A DNA stretch of 59,192 nt from Terriglobia bacterium (GTDB lineage: Bacteria; Acidobacteriota; Terriglobia; 20CM-2-55-15), in NCBI GenBank assembly GCA_041481485.1, contig JBGPBY010000002.1, positions 1-59,192 on the forward strand. Reading direction: 5' to 3'. The notes beneath the pieces were generated by a model that searched no databases, was not told the DNA's origin, and saw only the letters and a program-made list of their open reading frames with translations. The first letter of the stretch is position 1, and each line of letters opens with the position of its first letter. Shown here one piece after another: positions 1 through 8,827 of this stretch. The position numbers were made by a program, and so were the translations under genes.

Positions 1-1440
1 CGCCAGCCGCGATGGAGCAGACTTGTCGCAGTGGTAGTACTCTTCGCCCTGAGCCTGATGGCCAAGCCCATGTTGGTGACGTTGCCATTCGCGCTGCTGT
101 TGCTTGACTATTGGCCGCTTCAACGATTCGTGTTTGGATCGCAAGGGAATGCATGGAAGAGGATACGGGAGAAGACGGCTCTATTCATGCTGGTAGCAGC
201 CTCGAGTGCTGTGACTGTTATCGCTCAGCAGAAGGGCGGAGCCGTCGTGAGATTCAGCGCCATTCCGCTGGCTGACCGTTTTGCCAATGCGTTCATTACA
301 TATATCGCATATTTGTGGAAAACATTTTGGCCCGCAAGACTCGCGGTTCTTTACCAAACGACACGCTCGGAACTCGATTTGTGGTCCGCGGCGGCGATCG
401 CCGTGATCGGGTTATCTATGTTGGCGATTTGGGCCGGCCGCCAGCGGCCTTACATTCCGGTCGGATGGTTCTGGTATTTGGGGACGCTCGTTCCCGTTAT
501 CGGGTTGGTTCAGGTTGGCAGGCAAACGATGGCCGACCGTTACACGTATGTTCCGTCGATTGGCTTATATGTCATCGTCGCGTTCGGTCTCGCCGATGCG
601 TTCTCACGGACTTCCGCACGAAAGCTTCTGCCGATCGCAGGGGTATTGGCTATTCTGGCTCTGATGGCGGTTTCCAGAACACAGGTTGGGTATTGGAGCA
701 GCAGCCGGGCACTATGGGAACACACCCTGGAGACCGGCAACGCAGATTCCTACGCCTACCTTGGCCTGGCATATGCCGCCGAGCAAGAAGGAAAACTCGA
801 TGAAGCAAAGCAGGAATACTCGGAGGCGGTCCGTCTCGATCCGTCTTATCCTCAGGCACAGTACAACCTCGCAACGATCCTGGCGAAACAGGACCAATGG
901 GATGAGGCCGCAACGCACTATCGGGAGGCAATACGGCTGTCCGGCGGGGATCAGGTCATGGCAGAAGCCCAACTCGTGATTGCCCACTACGGTGTGGGAC
1001 GAGCGTTAGCGAATGAAGGAAAGATGGATGAAGCGGCCGAGCATTTTGCTGAAGCGATCAGATTGAATCCTGCATTCCCGGAGGCGCGCAACGCCATCGG
1101 ACTTGTCCATGCAAGCCAGGGACGCCTCGAGGAAGCCGGCAAGGATTTCTCCGAAGCGATTCGTCTGAACCCGAAGCATGTCTCTGCGCACAACAGTCTC
1201 GGGACGATCCTTAGCAATATGGGGCGCACGGACGAGGCGATTGCTGAATACCAGGAAGCCGTCCGCCTTATGCCAGGGTATGCGGACGCTCGGACCAATT
1301 TAGGAGTCCTCTTGGCGAAACAGGGAAGGACGGCCGAAGCGATCGCGCAGTTCTCCGAGGCCTTGAAAATCAGCCCTGGAAACGCAGCCGCTTATTCGGG
1401 GCTGAAGAGCTTATCGGCCAATGTGCCTCCCCCTCGTTGA
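1..1440 (+). CDS. TPR-repeat membrane protein, 5' end cut by the window edge (multi-pass membrane region followed by several TPR units; resembles TPR-fused PMT/GT39-like proteins)
   Basis: Frame 1 is open from nt 1, so the gene starts upstream of the window. The N-terminal half is hydrophobic helices (LVTLPFALLLLDYWPL, WFWYLGTLVPVIGLV). The C-terminal half is canonical TPR (AYLGLAYAAEQEGKLDEAKQEYSEAVRLDPSYPQAQYNLA; repeated EAIRLNP units). Confidence 0.75.
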   Translation, partial: RQPRWSRLVAVVVLFALSLMAKPMLVTLPFALLLLDYWPLQRFVFGSQGNAWKRIREKTALFMLVAASSAVTVIAQQKGGAVVRFSAIPLADRFANAFITYIAYLWKTFWPARLAVLYQTTRSELDLWSAAAIAVIGLSMLAIWAGRQRPYIPVGWFWYLGTLVPVIGLVQVGRQTMADRYTYVPSIGLYVIVAFGLADAFSRTSARKLLPIAGVLAILALMAVSRTQVGYWSSSRALWEHTLETGNADSYAYLGLAYAAEQEGKLDEAKQEYSEAVRLDPSYPQAQYNLATILAKQDQWDEAATHYREAIRLSGGDQVMAEAQLVIAHYGVGRALANEGKMDEAAEHFAEAIRLNPAFPEARNAIGLVHASQGRLEEAGKDFSEAIRLNPKHVSAHNSLGTILSNMGRTDEAIAEYQEAVRLMPGYADARTNLGVLLAKQGRTAEAIAQFSEALKISPGNAAAYSGLKSLSANVPPPR

Positions 1441-1460
1441 ATCGCACCGGCTCAGCGGCG

Positions 1461-3062
1461 TTACTTCTTCCGGGAGGCTCGCTCCACGGCGCGGAGGGCG
1501 TTCACGCGGCCGTATCCATACTTCAGGCTGAATCCCTTGCGATAGTCGCCGTCTACCTCATCGATCTTGTCCGCTGTTTGCTGGAGCACACTGCGGACCT
1601 TATTCCACTTAAGCGCCGGGTTCACGGACAGTACGAGTGCGCCGACGCCGGCAGCCAGGGGTGTCGCTGATGACGTGCCATCGAAGTCATTCGCATAGGC
1701 GCTATTCGGGTTGTAGCCCATCTTCGGCACGGAGACATCCGTCGTCGTGATGCCGGGCCGTCCATCGCCTCCGCTGGGCGCCACAAGAGAAATCCCTTCC
1801 CCGAAGTTGCTGTACTTCGCTCGCTTTCCCTGATCGGTCGAGGCGCCGACGCCAATGACGTTGGGATGATCGGCGGGGAAGTCCACGCTTGATTTCCTTT
1901 CGTTTCCCGTAGCAACAAAGACCACAGATCCTTTGCCGCCTCTTCCGGTACGCGTCACATCCATGAGGGCGGCCTCCACATCGGCGTGCGTCGTTGTTCC
2001 CCAGCTGCAGGAAATAATGTCGGCATGCAGGCCTGCGTACCGGATCGCGTCTGCGATATTTTCGTTGGAAGCGATTGCCGGACCGCCGAAGATTTTTACC
2101 GGAAGAATCTTGCAGCGATAGGCAATGCCCGCCACTCCGCGCTTGTTCTGGCCCACCGCAGCAGCGACACCCGCGCAGCACGTGCCGTGGATATCGTTCT
2201 TAACGGTATCGTCGAAAGGCCGGTGGAATACGCTCGGACGCGGATCGAAGTTGTTGTCGACGAAGTTCCGCCCACGCCGGTCGCGCGCTTTTCGATCAGG
2301 ATTCGACCAGATGTTGGCGTGCAGATCCGGATGTCCGATATCCACGCCGTCATCGATGATCGCGATGACGATGGAAGGATCGCCACCTGCAGTGATGTCC
2401 CATGCACCGAACGCGCGGACGTCTTCCCCGACCACCCCGCCAGGGAATTGTCCCGAATTATCGAGGTGCCACTGATCCTTCAGCCGGGGATCGTTCGTGA
2501 CCGCAGCCTTGCGGCATTCCGTGATGAAATTCGGCGCTGCAAATTCCACGACGTCGTCCTGTTCCGAAAGGCGATTGGCATATTCGAGTATCACGGCTTC
2601 GTCAACGTCAGCTACCGGCACCACGACGGATTGTTTGCCATGAAATTCGTTGCCACGCGCTTTCCTCAGTCCCAAATCTGCGAGCAAGCTGCGCTGGCGG
2701 GCAGGTTCGACTTTGCTCTTGAAGCGCACCGTGATTTCCCGTGTAGCGACGAGTCTCAGGCCCGAAACATTTTCCGTGAACACGGGGGCCGTCCGTTTCA
2801 CGGCTGCGGTCAATCTCCGCGGCAGGGCATCGCGCACTATGGCAAACGCGGTTCTCGCGGCACTGGGCTCATGGAGCATCAGAACATGGCCGAAGCGCCG
2901 GGGTTGAGCGTGCGTACTTGCCGCCTTCCGGGGGAATGCCGCGCGCAAGAAATCTTCCGCGAGCGGAGCGGCGGCGGCCGCAGTCCCGAAGTTGATGCCG
3001 ATATCATTGGCAGAGAGCGTGAGTTCAATCTTCTTGCGATCGATGGAGTACATGAACGGCAT
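1461..3062 (-). CDS. S8 family (subtilisin-like) serine peptidase with a long N-terminal pro-region and no recognisable signal peptide
   Basis: Catalytic triad motifs: AIIDDGVDIGHPDL (Asp), HGTCCAGVAAAVG (His), GTSSATPLAAGVGALVLS (Ser). The ATG at 3062 follows GAGGA plus an 8-nt spacer; the ORF-track start at 3077 is a TTG. The N-terminus (MPFMYSIDRKKIELTLS) has no hydrophobic stretch. Confidence 0.9.
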   Translation of the reverse strand: MPFMYSIDRKKIELTLSANDIGINFGTAAAAAPLAEDFLRAAFPRKAASTHAQPRRFGHVLMLHEPSAARTAFAIVRDALPRRLTAAVKRTAPVFTENVSGLRLVATREITVRFKSKVEPARQRSLLADLGLRKARGNEFHGKQSVVVPVADVDEAVILEYANRLSEQDDVVEFAAPNFITECRKAAVTNDPRLKDQWHLDNSGQFPGGVVGEDVRAFGAWDITAGGDPSIVIAIIDDGVDIGHPDLHANIWSNPDRKARDRRGRNFVDNNFDPRPSVFHRPFDDTVKNDIHGTCCAGVAAAVGQNKRGVAGIAYRCKILPVKIFGGPAIASNENIADAIRYAGLHADIISCSWGTTTHADVEAALMDVTRTGRGGKGSVVFVATGNERKSSVDFPADHPNVIGVGASTDQGKRAKYSNFGEGISLVAPSGGDGRPGITTTDVSVPKMGYNPNSAYANDFDGTSSATPLAAGVGALVLSVNPALKWNKVRSVLQQTADKIDEVDGDYRKGFSLKYGYGRVNALRAVERASRKK

Positions 3063-3095
3063 GGCAGCAGTCCTCAATAGGTGGGGGAATAATGT

Positions 3096-3659
3096 TTAGC
3101 GCTGGAACTCGGCGAGGAAGTTGGGCGCGGCAAACTCCACGTCATCCTCTGCATCGAGTTTGCTGGCAACTTCAAGAAGCTTTAAGTCTGGTGTCGCCGG
3201 CGCCTTGACGACGAATTGGTTCGGCACAAATTCATTTTGGCGATGCACCTTCACTCCGTATTTCTTTTCAACCGTGCGGAGATGGCGTCCGGTCGGCAGC
3301 TGTTTGAAACGTACGCTGATCTCGTCGGTTGGAATCTGCTGGAGACGGCTCTTCATGTCGCGCAGTACAGGCTGGAAGAATTCGATCTTTCCGGCGTGGA
3401 TCCACTCCTTCGCCTTTTCCGTGAGCGCCGTCTCGTCCTCCTTGCGGGCGAGCTTCAGCACCAGCAGGCGCAGCGAGGGAATCTCATCAACTTCTCCGAA
3501 AGCGGCAAGTTCACGCTTGATCGAACTCTCCGCTTTCGGAACAAACCGGACTGCCCATCGGTCTACCACCGGCTCCATGTAAACTGTTTTTTCTCCCTGC
3601 CGATAGGCCACGATTTTCGAAGGCTGTTTTGATGAGGGGGTCCGCTTGTTTTCCGACAT
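3096..3659 (-). CDS. Stand-alone paralogue of the N-terminal pro-region of the adjacent S8 peptidase (candidate propeptide-like chaperone or inhibitor)
   Basis: PVLRDMKSRLQQIPTDEISVRFKQ...NEFVPNQFVV...DDVEFAAPNFLAEFQR aligns with the S8 N-terminus PVFTENVSGLRLVATREITVRFKS...NEFHGKQSVV...DDVVEFAAPNFITECRK. It is on the same strand and about 33 nt upstream of the S8 ATG. No signal peptide. Confidence 0.7.
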   Translation of the reverse strand: MSENKRTPSSKQPSKIVAYRQGEKTVYMEPVVDRWAVRFVPKAESSIKRELAAFGEVDEIPSLRLLVLKLARKEDETALTEKAKEWIHAGKIEFFQPVLRDMKSRLQQIPTDEISVRFKQLPTGRHLRTVEKKYGVKVHRQNEFVPNQFVVKAPATPDLKLLEVASKLDAEDDVEFAAPNFLAEFQR

Positions 3660-3874
3660 CGTCGATTACCCTGGATGCAATACAACGATGGTAGCACAGG
3701 GAGATGATCTCATCGTTGTGGGGAGTAATTTTCAACGGACCATTACGAATGAACTGCGTTAATTGAAATTCAACTCCCGCGCATGTAGAGTGCTTCTGCT
3801 TTCGCAAACACATGTTCAAGCGCACCTTCATCAAAAGGGTGCGAGGCTGTCTCACGAGTGAAAGGAGTCGAATC

Positions 3875-4756
3875 ATGCTGCTTCACCAAATCGCCCTTGT
3901 TTCACAGTCCAAGTCGGTAACGCTCGGCCAGCTCAATCTGGTCAGCGCTGCAATTCAAAAGCAGGTAGCCCGCGACCTGCGGCCCATCTGGCAAATAGAC
4001 GCGACGGTTGATGCTTTTGCGCGACTGGAAGATGTCCCACTCGGATACTGGCCCGTCGTCTTGATGGACCAGATTCCATTCAACGCTCAGGGTATTCATC
4101 TGAACAAGAAGAACGGAGACCCGTTCGCTCTGGTCCAGATATCGTCAAACTGGCCATTGACCACCTCGCACGAGTGCCTGGAAATGCTCGTTGATCCTTC
4201 CGGCAACAAGACCTCAGCCAGCAATTCTGTAAAACCCGGTCAGGGTCGCGTGAACTATCTCGTGGAGGTTTGTGACCCCAGCGAGGCTGCGAAGTTCGGA
4301 TACACGGTTAACGGAATCCTTCTTTCGGACTTCTATACGCCGGAGTTCTTCGCCCCGGTCACTGCGTCGAATGTTCGATACAGTTTCGTGGGCGCGATCA
4401 AGGAGCCCCGGCAGGTCCTTGATGGCGGTTATCTGAGCTGGTTTGATCCCGCCAGCCAACATGCTTTCCAGATCTTCGTCACAGGGACGAAGAAGACTTT
4501 CAAAGACCTCGGAAAAGTTCCTGGTGGTTTCGGAGCCTCCGGGACACTCCGTTCGTTCACGGATAACAACCAGTTCGCTGTCAGCCATCGTCTGAAGGCG
4601 CTTGCGGGGAACTCGCCACGTGGCTTGCTGCTGACTGCAGCAGTAGGTGCGTCAGTCGGCAAGAAGGCGATGACGGGTCAGCACATGATTGGAGACGAAC
4701 TGGAAGGCAATGCCAGCCTGCTTCAGGCTCAGATCAAAGATCTGATCGAGGCTTAG
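3875..4756 (+). CDS. Hypothetical cytoplasmic protein, no family recognised (contains SHECLEMLVDP)
   Basis: The ATG at 3875 is preceded by AAAGGAG (3861-3867); the upstream TTG/ATG extension to 3812 lacks an RBS. Globular composition with no signal peptide or TM segment. Divergent from the S8 pair. Confidence 0.6.
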   Translation: MLLHQIALVSQSKSVTLGQLNLVSAAIQKQVARDLRPIWQIDATVDAFARLEDVPLGYWPVVLMDQIPFNAQGIHLNKKNGDPFALVQISSNWPLTTSHECLEMLVDPSGNKTSASNSVKPGQGRVNYLVEVCDPSEAAKFGYTVNGILLSDFYTPEFFAPVTASNVRYSFVGAIKEPRQVLDGGYLSWFDPASQHAFQIFVTGTKKTFKDLGKVPGGFGASGTLRSFTDNNQFAVSHRLKALAGNSPRGLLLTAAVGASVGKKAMTGQHMIGDELEGNASLLQAQIKDLIEA

Positions 4757-4829
4757 CTTCAATAAACCTCGATCGCTGCACTGTACTCTGGAGTACGATC
4801 GAAGGAAGGTGCAAGCGATCGGAGGCGTC

Positions 4830-5036
4830 ATGAATGCAAAGAAAGTTCGCTCCAGCAGCAAGGCGGCCCAGGAGGCGGCCGCCAAAGAACTGCAATCCCA
4901 GATTGACGATATCCTGGGCGGTCATACTCCACCCGAGCCACCTCGCAACCTGCGGGACTTCATCAATGAAAAGACAATCAAGATCAAGCCATCGCGCCCG
5001 GCCGCGAAGTCTTCCGTACTCAAGAAAAAGAAATAG
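4830..5036 (+). CDS. Small Lys-rich hypothetical protein (68 aa, ends KKKK)
   Basis: The ATG at 4830 is preceded by GGAGG (4821-4825). It lies 73 nt downstream of the 294-aa gene on the same strand. No family recognised. Confidence 0.4.
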   Translation: MNAKKVRSSSKAAQEAAAKELQSQIDDILGGHTPPEPPRNLRDFINEKTIKIKPSRPAAKSSVLKKKK

Positions 5037-5077
5037 TTCCTGCGGGCTGCAGTCATGCGAATTTCCCCGGGAATTAC

Positions 5078-6358
5078 CTAACGCGATGGCTTTCCGAAAG
5101 TCGTGGGCAGGTCGGGAATTGTGTCCCGAAGGATTTCAATAATCGCGGTACGATCTGCAACCGAGAGACGCTGATACCGGATGCCCTTCTCCTGGCCTGA
5201 AAGAATCTCGGTCATGCGTTGATAGATGGCGTTCTTCGCCGGTGGCAAAAGCGCGTTGAATGCATCGGAGTAAATCAGATAGCTGCAGGGATATCGCATC
5301 AGCCGGGAATTCAAGTCCAGCTGCCGGAGTGAACGCCCTCGTTGGTCCACCGGACCCTGCGCGGTAAATTTCTCGGTGAAACCGGAATTCCCTTCGAGTC
5401 CTCCGGTAAATGGCGCCTCATCGACGAACAGCATGTAATCCACCACATCCTTTGCCGTATCCCGGAGGCGCCCTTCAACGTCCACATTGGGAGTCCCCTG
5501 CGTCTCGAACGCAATGATCCGCGCTTCCCAGCCGATCCGCGTGATCAGATTCATCATGTGCATTTGATGCTCGAACACGCTGAGCGCCACGACATCGCTG
5601 GTGGACACCGGATAACCCGGCGTGGAAAATCTTCCGGGAAGCGGCTCGCGAACCGGTACAGGGGCCGGTGTGGCGGATGCCTGCTGCGAGTTCACGCTGC
5701 GAACGACGGCATTGCCGACGTGGCGCTGCGGTCCGCGAATCCCACTCACATACCAGCCGCCCCATCGATGTTCGAATGGCGTGCGATGGTCGGTTGGAGA
5801 TCCGGCGAGTCCTGAGACTTCGGCTCCATCCCTTCCCGGAAACACGCTGCGCACCACCATCCCGGTCACATCGAGCGTGTCGGGCGTTTCGTGACAGCCG
5901 AGACAGTTCGTTTCGCGTAACAGATGAGGCAACGTTTGCCGCTGCTGCGGAATGGTATAGAAGACCGCTCCCAGCTGCGGGTCCTGAACGATAACTTCGA
6001 GAGTCGGACTGTCGCGAATGTACGCCACTGCAACGGAATCATTAAAAAAGATCGCGCGCGGATTGTCCGGTCCGACCATCGATGTCTGCAGGCTGGTCTT
6101 CGAGAAAACCATAATCTGCGACTCCACCGGAACGTGCAGCGCATCCAGTACGGCTGGAAGATAGCCTTCGGTGCGGTCAAAGTTCAGATCGGCCAGGCCG
6201 ATCAGCACCTTCCCGTTGAGCGAAGTGACGGCATTGCGCGGCTGCGATTCCCGATACTGAATGGCGCGATGTTTGCTGCTGACCCTGAACGCGGGCGACT
6301 GACTCCAGCCCGTTGCAGCTGCAGCAAAGACGACGCAGATCCATGCGATTCGATTCAT
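5078..6358 (-). CDS. Secreted hypothetical protein with a single CxxCH motif (possible c-type haem site)
   Basis: Signal-peptide-like N-terminus MNRIAWICVVFAAAATGWSQS. The motif NCLGCHETPD is the only CxxCH in the protein. Confidence 0.6.
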   Translation of the reverse strand: MNRIAWICVVFAAAATGWSQSPAFRVSSKHRAIQYRESQPRNAVTSLNGKVLIGLADLNFDRTEGYLPAVLDALHVPVESQIMVFSKTSLQTSMVGPDNPRAIFFNDSVAVAYIRDSPTLEVIVQDPQLGAVFYTIPQQRQTLPHLLRETNCLGCHETPDTLDVTGMVVRSVFPGRDGAEVSGLAGSPTDHRTPFEHRWGGWYVSGIRGPQRHVGNAVVRSVNSQQASATPAPVPVREPLPGRFSTPGYPVSTSDVVALSVFEHQMHMMNLITRIGWEARIIAFETQGTPNVDVEGRLRDTAKDVVDYMLFVDEAPFTGGLEGNSGFTEKFTAQGPVDQRGRSLRQLDLNSRLMRYPCSYLIYSDAFNALLPPAKNAIYQRMTEILSGQEKGIRYQRLSVADRTAIIEILRDTIPDLPTTFGKPSR

Positions 6359-6472
6359 CGTGATCTTTATAACATATTGTGTATAAAAATAACATTGCGT
6401 CTGGCTCAGTCCGGAGTTATCGTGTCCTTAGTTGCTGCCAAACAACCAACGCCAATTTCGGAGGATTGAACA

Positions 6473-7801
6473 ATGAGACGTCTGATGCTGATCTCCCTTC
6501 TTGTCGCCGCGCCCGTCGTGATCGCGGCTGGTATCGCCGGAACCGCCGGCGGAGTGGAACCATCCACATCGAGTGCGGGAGCCGCCGGCGTTGTATGGCA
6601 ACCGATAGCGGGTCCTGCAGATCCACGGCCTGCGGCCACTGCAGATGACTCCACTGCGGTGAGAGGACTGACGGTTCACGAATGGGGGACATTCACTTCG
6701 GTTGCCGGCCCCAATGGAACGGCCATCGAATGGATGCCCGCCGGAGGGCCGACCGATCTGCCGTGTTTCGTCAGCGTCTCTGGCGCAGGGCCGAAGGGAC
6801 TCACGCTGGCCGAACAGGGCGGCCGTTCGAAGATGACCAGGGTCCGTATGGAAACGCCGGTCCTTTACTTCTATTCTCGCAGGGAACAGACGGTGAATGT
6901 GTCGGTGAGCTTTCCCCAGGGTCTCATTACGGAATGGTATCCCTCGAACGCGAAGCTGTCGCCGGATGCGTTTGCTTCTCAAAAGTCATTTCCAAATGTC
7001 ACTGGCACCATTCAATGGAATGATGTGCAGGTAATGCCGGGAGCAACAGTCTCCTATCCGATCGAAGACGGACCCAGCCACTATTATGCGGCCCGTAAAA
7101 CCGCTTCCGCTCCGCTGCAGGTGCCGTCAACGCAGGGATCGCAATCGGAAAAGTTTCTGTTCTATCGCGGCATTGCGGACTTCACGCCTCCTCTCTCCGT
7201 CCGGGCAGCGAAGGACGGACGCATTGCCGTCTCCAATCTGGAATCGGATGAACTGCCGGGCGTTGTCCTGTTTGAGAATCGCGGCGGAAAGATCGGCTAC
7301 ACCATGTTGAAGGGTTTGAAGCAGACAGTTTGGATCGACCGCCCGGCCCTGAACAGCAGCTTTGAGTCGCTGCAGAACGATCTTGAGAGTCTGCTGAAGG
7401 CTCAGGGCATGTTCGCGCAGGAAGCGCGAGCGATGGTCGACACGTGGAAGGATTCCTGGTTCGAACAGGGCACGCGAGTGTTCTACATCGTACCGTCACA
7501 TGCCGTGGATTCCATCCTTCCGCTGACCGTGACTCCCACCCCCGTGAGCGTGAAGCGCGCGTTTGTGGGGCGGATGGAGGTGCTGACTCCAGTGACTCAG
7601 GATGAAGTTCTTGTGGCGATACAGAAAAATGACAGAACCGCACTTCAAAGTTACGGCCGTTTTCTCGAGCCTATCGTGAACCAATTTCTGGGTTCCCATC
7701 TTGCTGCAGCCGATCAGGCGAAAGCTGCGGATCTGATCGCCGCATTTCGCGCCGACTATGTGGCGAGCGCGAAGGCGTGTACTCAGAAGCGAGGCTGGTA
7801 G
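6473..7801 (+). CDS. Secreted hypothetical protein (VHEWGTFTSV motif family, function unknown)
   Basis: GGAGG at 6458-6462 precedes the ATG at 6473. Hydrophobic N-terminus MRRLMLISLLVAAPVVIAAG. The long ORF has protein-like composition. Confidence 0.65.
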   Translation: MRRLMLISLLVAAPVVIAAGIAGTAGGVEPSTSSAGAAGVVWQPIAGPADPRPAATADDSTAVRGLTVHEWGTFTSVAGPNGTAIEWMPAGGPTDLPCFVSVSGAGPKGLTLAEQGGRSKMTRVRMETPVLYFYSRREQTVNVSVSFPQGLITEWYPSNAKLSPDAFASQKSFPNVTGTIQWNDVQVMPGATVSYPIEDGPSHYYAARKTASAPLQVPSTQGSQSEKFLFYRGIADFTPPLSVRAAKDGRIAVSNLESDELPGVVLFENRGGKIGYTMLKGLKQTVWIDRPALNSSFESLQNDLESLLKAQGMFAQEARAMVDTWKDSWFEQGTRVFYIVPSHAVDSILPLTVTPTPVSVKRAFVGRMEVLTPVTQDEVLVAIQKNDRTALQSYGRFLEPIVNQFLGSHLAAADQAKAADLIAAFRADYVASAKACTQKRGW

Positions 7802-8092
7802 CTCTGCGAGTAGACGGAAAGCCGCGGGAAATGACCATTCCGAGGGAGCGGCAACTGTAGCTGCAATTGCCCAACGGTTGCTGCGACCGTGAATTCTCTC
7901 ATTCCGGGTAGCCGGTATTACGTCCAAGTGGATACGGACGCGGGCAAAGTAAGCATATTGCGACCCCTTGTTACTAATCCGTCGGCTCACTCTGCAGGCA
8001 ATCCAAGAGCATTGCCGACACTCAGCCGCATGAATTCTGAGGTTTTTCCCCAGTTCGCGTATCCTTCCGTCTACTTCGCGGTAAGTACCAAC

Positions 8093-8560
8093 ATGAAAAC
8101 TAGTTTTGTGATACTGATTGTCGTCCTTGGGATGATCGCTGTCGTTTCTCCCATTACCGCACACCACTCCTTTTGCTCGGAGTTCGATGTGAACAGGCCC
8201 GTATTCATGAACGGAAAAGTCACCAAGGTTCAGTGGGGTAATCCTCACGTCGACGTTTTCATCGACGTAAAGGACAAACAGGGCAAGACCACGAACTGGG
8301 ATGTGCAGGCGAATAGCCCGAAAGGCCTGCTCGACAACGGCTGGAAAGTGGATTCCTTGCGGATGGGAATGGACGTCTGCGTCGAAGGGTTTCCCGAGAA
8401 AACAGGCAAACCCATCTTTGGCAGTATCGCCATTATGCTGAAAGCCACCGGACAGGTTTTGAAGACTCCTCCAGGCATGTGGATGTGTCCCACCGGCAAG
8501 ATCCAATCTGAAGTTGCCTTTAGCGGGAAGCTATCCTGCTCGAACCGGGATACGCGTTAA
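8093..8560 (+). CDS. DUF6152-like secreted protein
   Basis: The internal ATG at 8093 gives MKTSFVILIVVLGMIAVVSPITAHHSF..VTKVQWGNPHVDVFIDV, which matches my recollection of the DUF6152 pattern (signal peptide, AHHS, W.NPH). The upstream ORF extension to 7889 has no signal or family features. Confidence 0.55.
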   Translation: MKTSFVILIVVLGMIAVVSPITAHHSFCSEFDVNRPVFMNGKVTKVQWGNPHVDVFIDVKDKQGKTTNWDVQANSPKGLLDNGWKVDSLRMGMDVCVEGFPEKTGKPIFGSIAIMLKATGQVLKTPPGMWMCPTGKIQSEVAFSGKLSCSNRDTR

Positions 8561-8639
8561 TCCGCCAGCGGTCCTGCTATGTCTTTTGGGGAAGAAACTC
8601 ACGGTTTCTGGAATGGCGTCACCCCTGGATGATCGGCTC

Positions 8640-8775
8640 TGAAGCAACTCAGTTATAGAGTAGTCGGTATCCCGGACTTGTGAAATCCAATTACTTTGAA
8701 TTCGGCAGAATGACGGGATAGCGGTTACACGGCCAAGTGCTTCATAGATCGGTAAACGCTGCGCGACTGATCGCG
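8640..8775. repeat. Intergenic repeat copy A (shares anchors with copies B and C)
   Basis: TAGTCGGTATCCCG at 8661-8674 is identical to 12434-12447. GATCGGTAAACGCTGCGCG at 8747-8765 is identical to 11000-11018. Anchor spacing is 85 nt here versus 88 nt in copy B. Confidence 0.5.
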
Positions 8776-8827
8776 GGCTATCCCCAAATCTGGAGTGAAT
8801 GCATGGTGCCGCCGGTTCCCATCCAGG

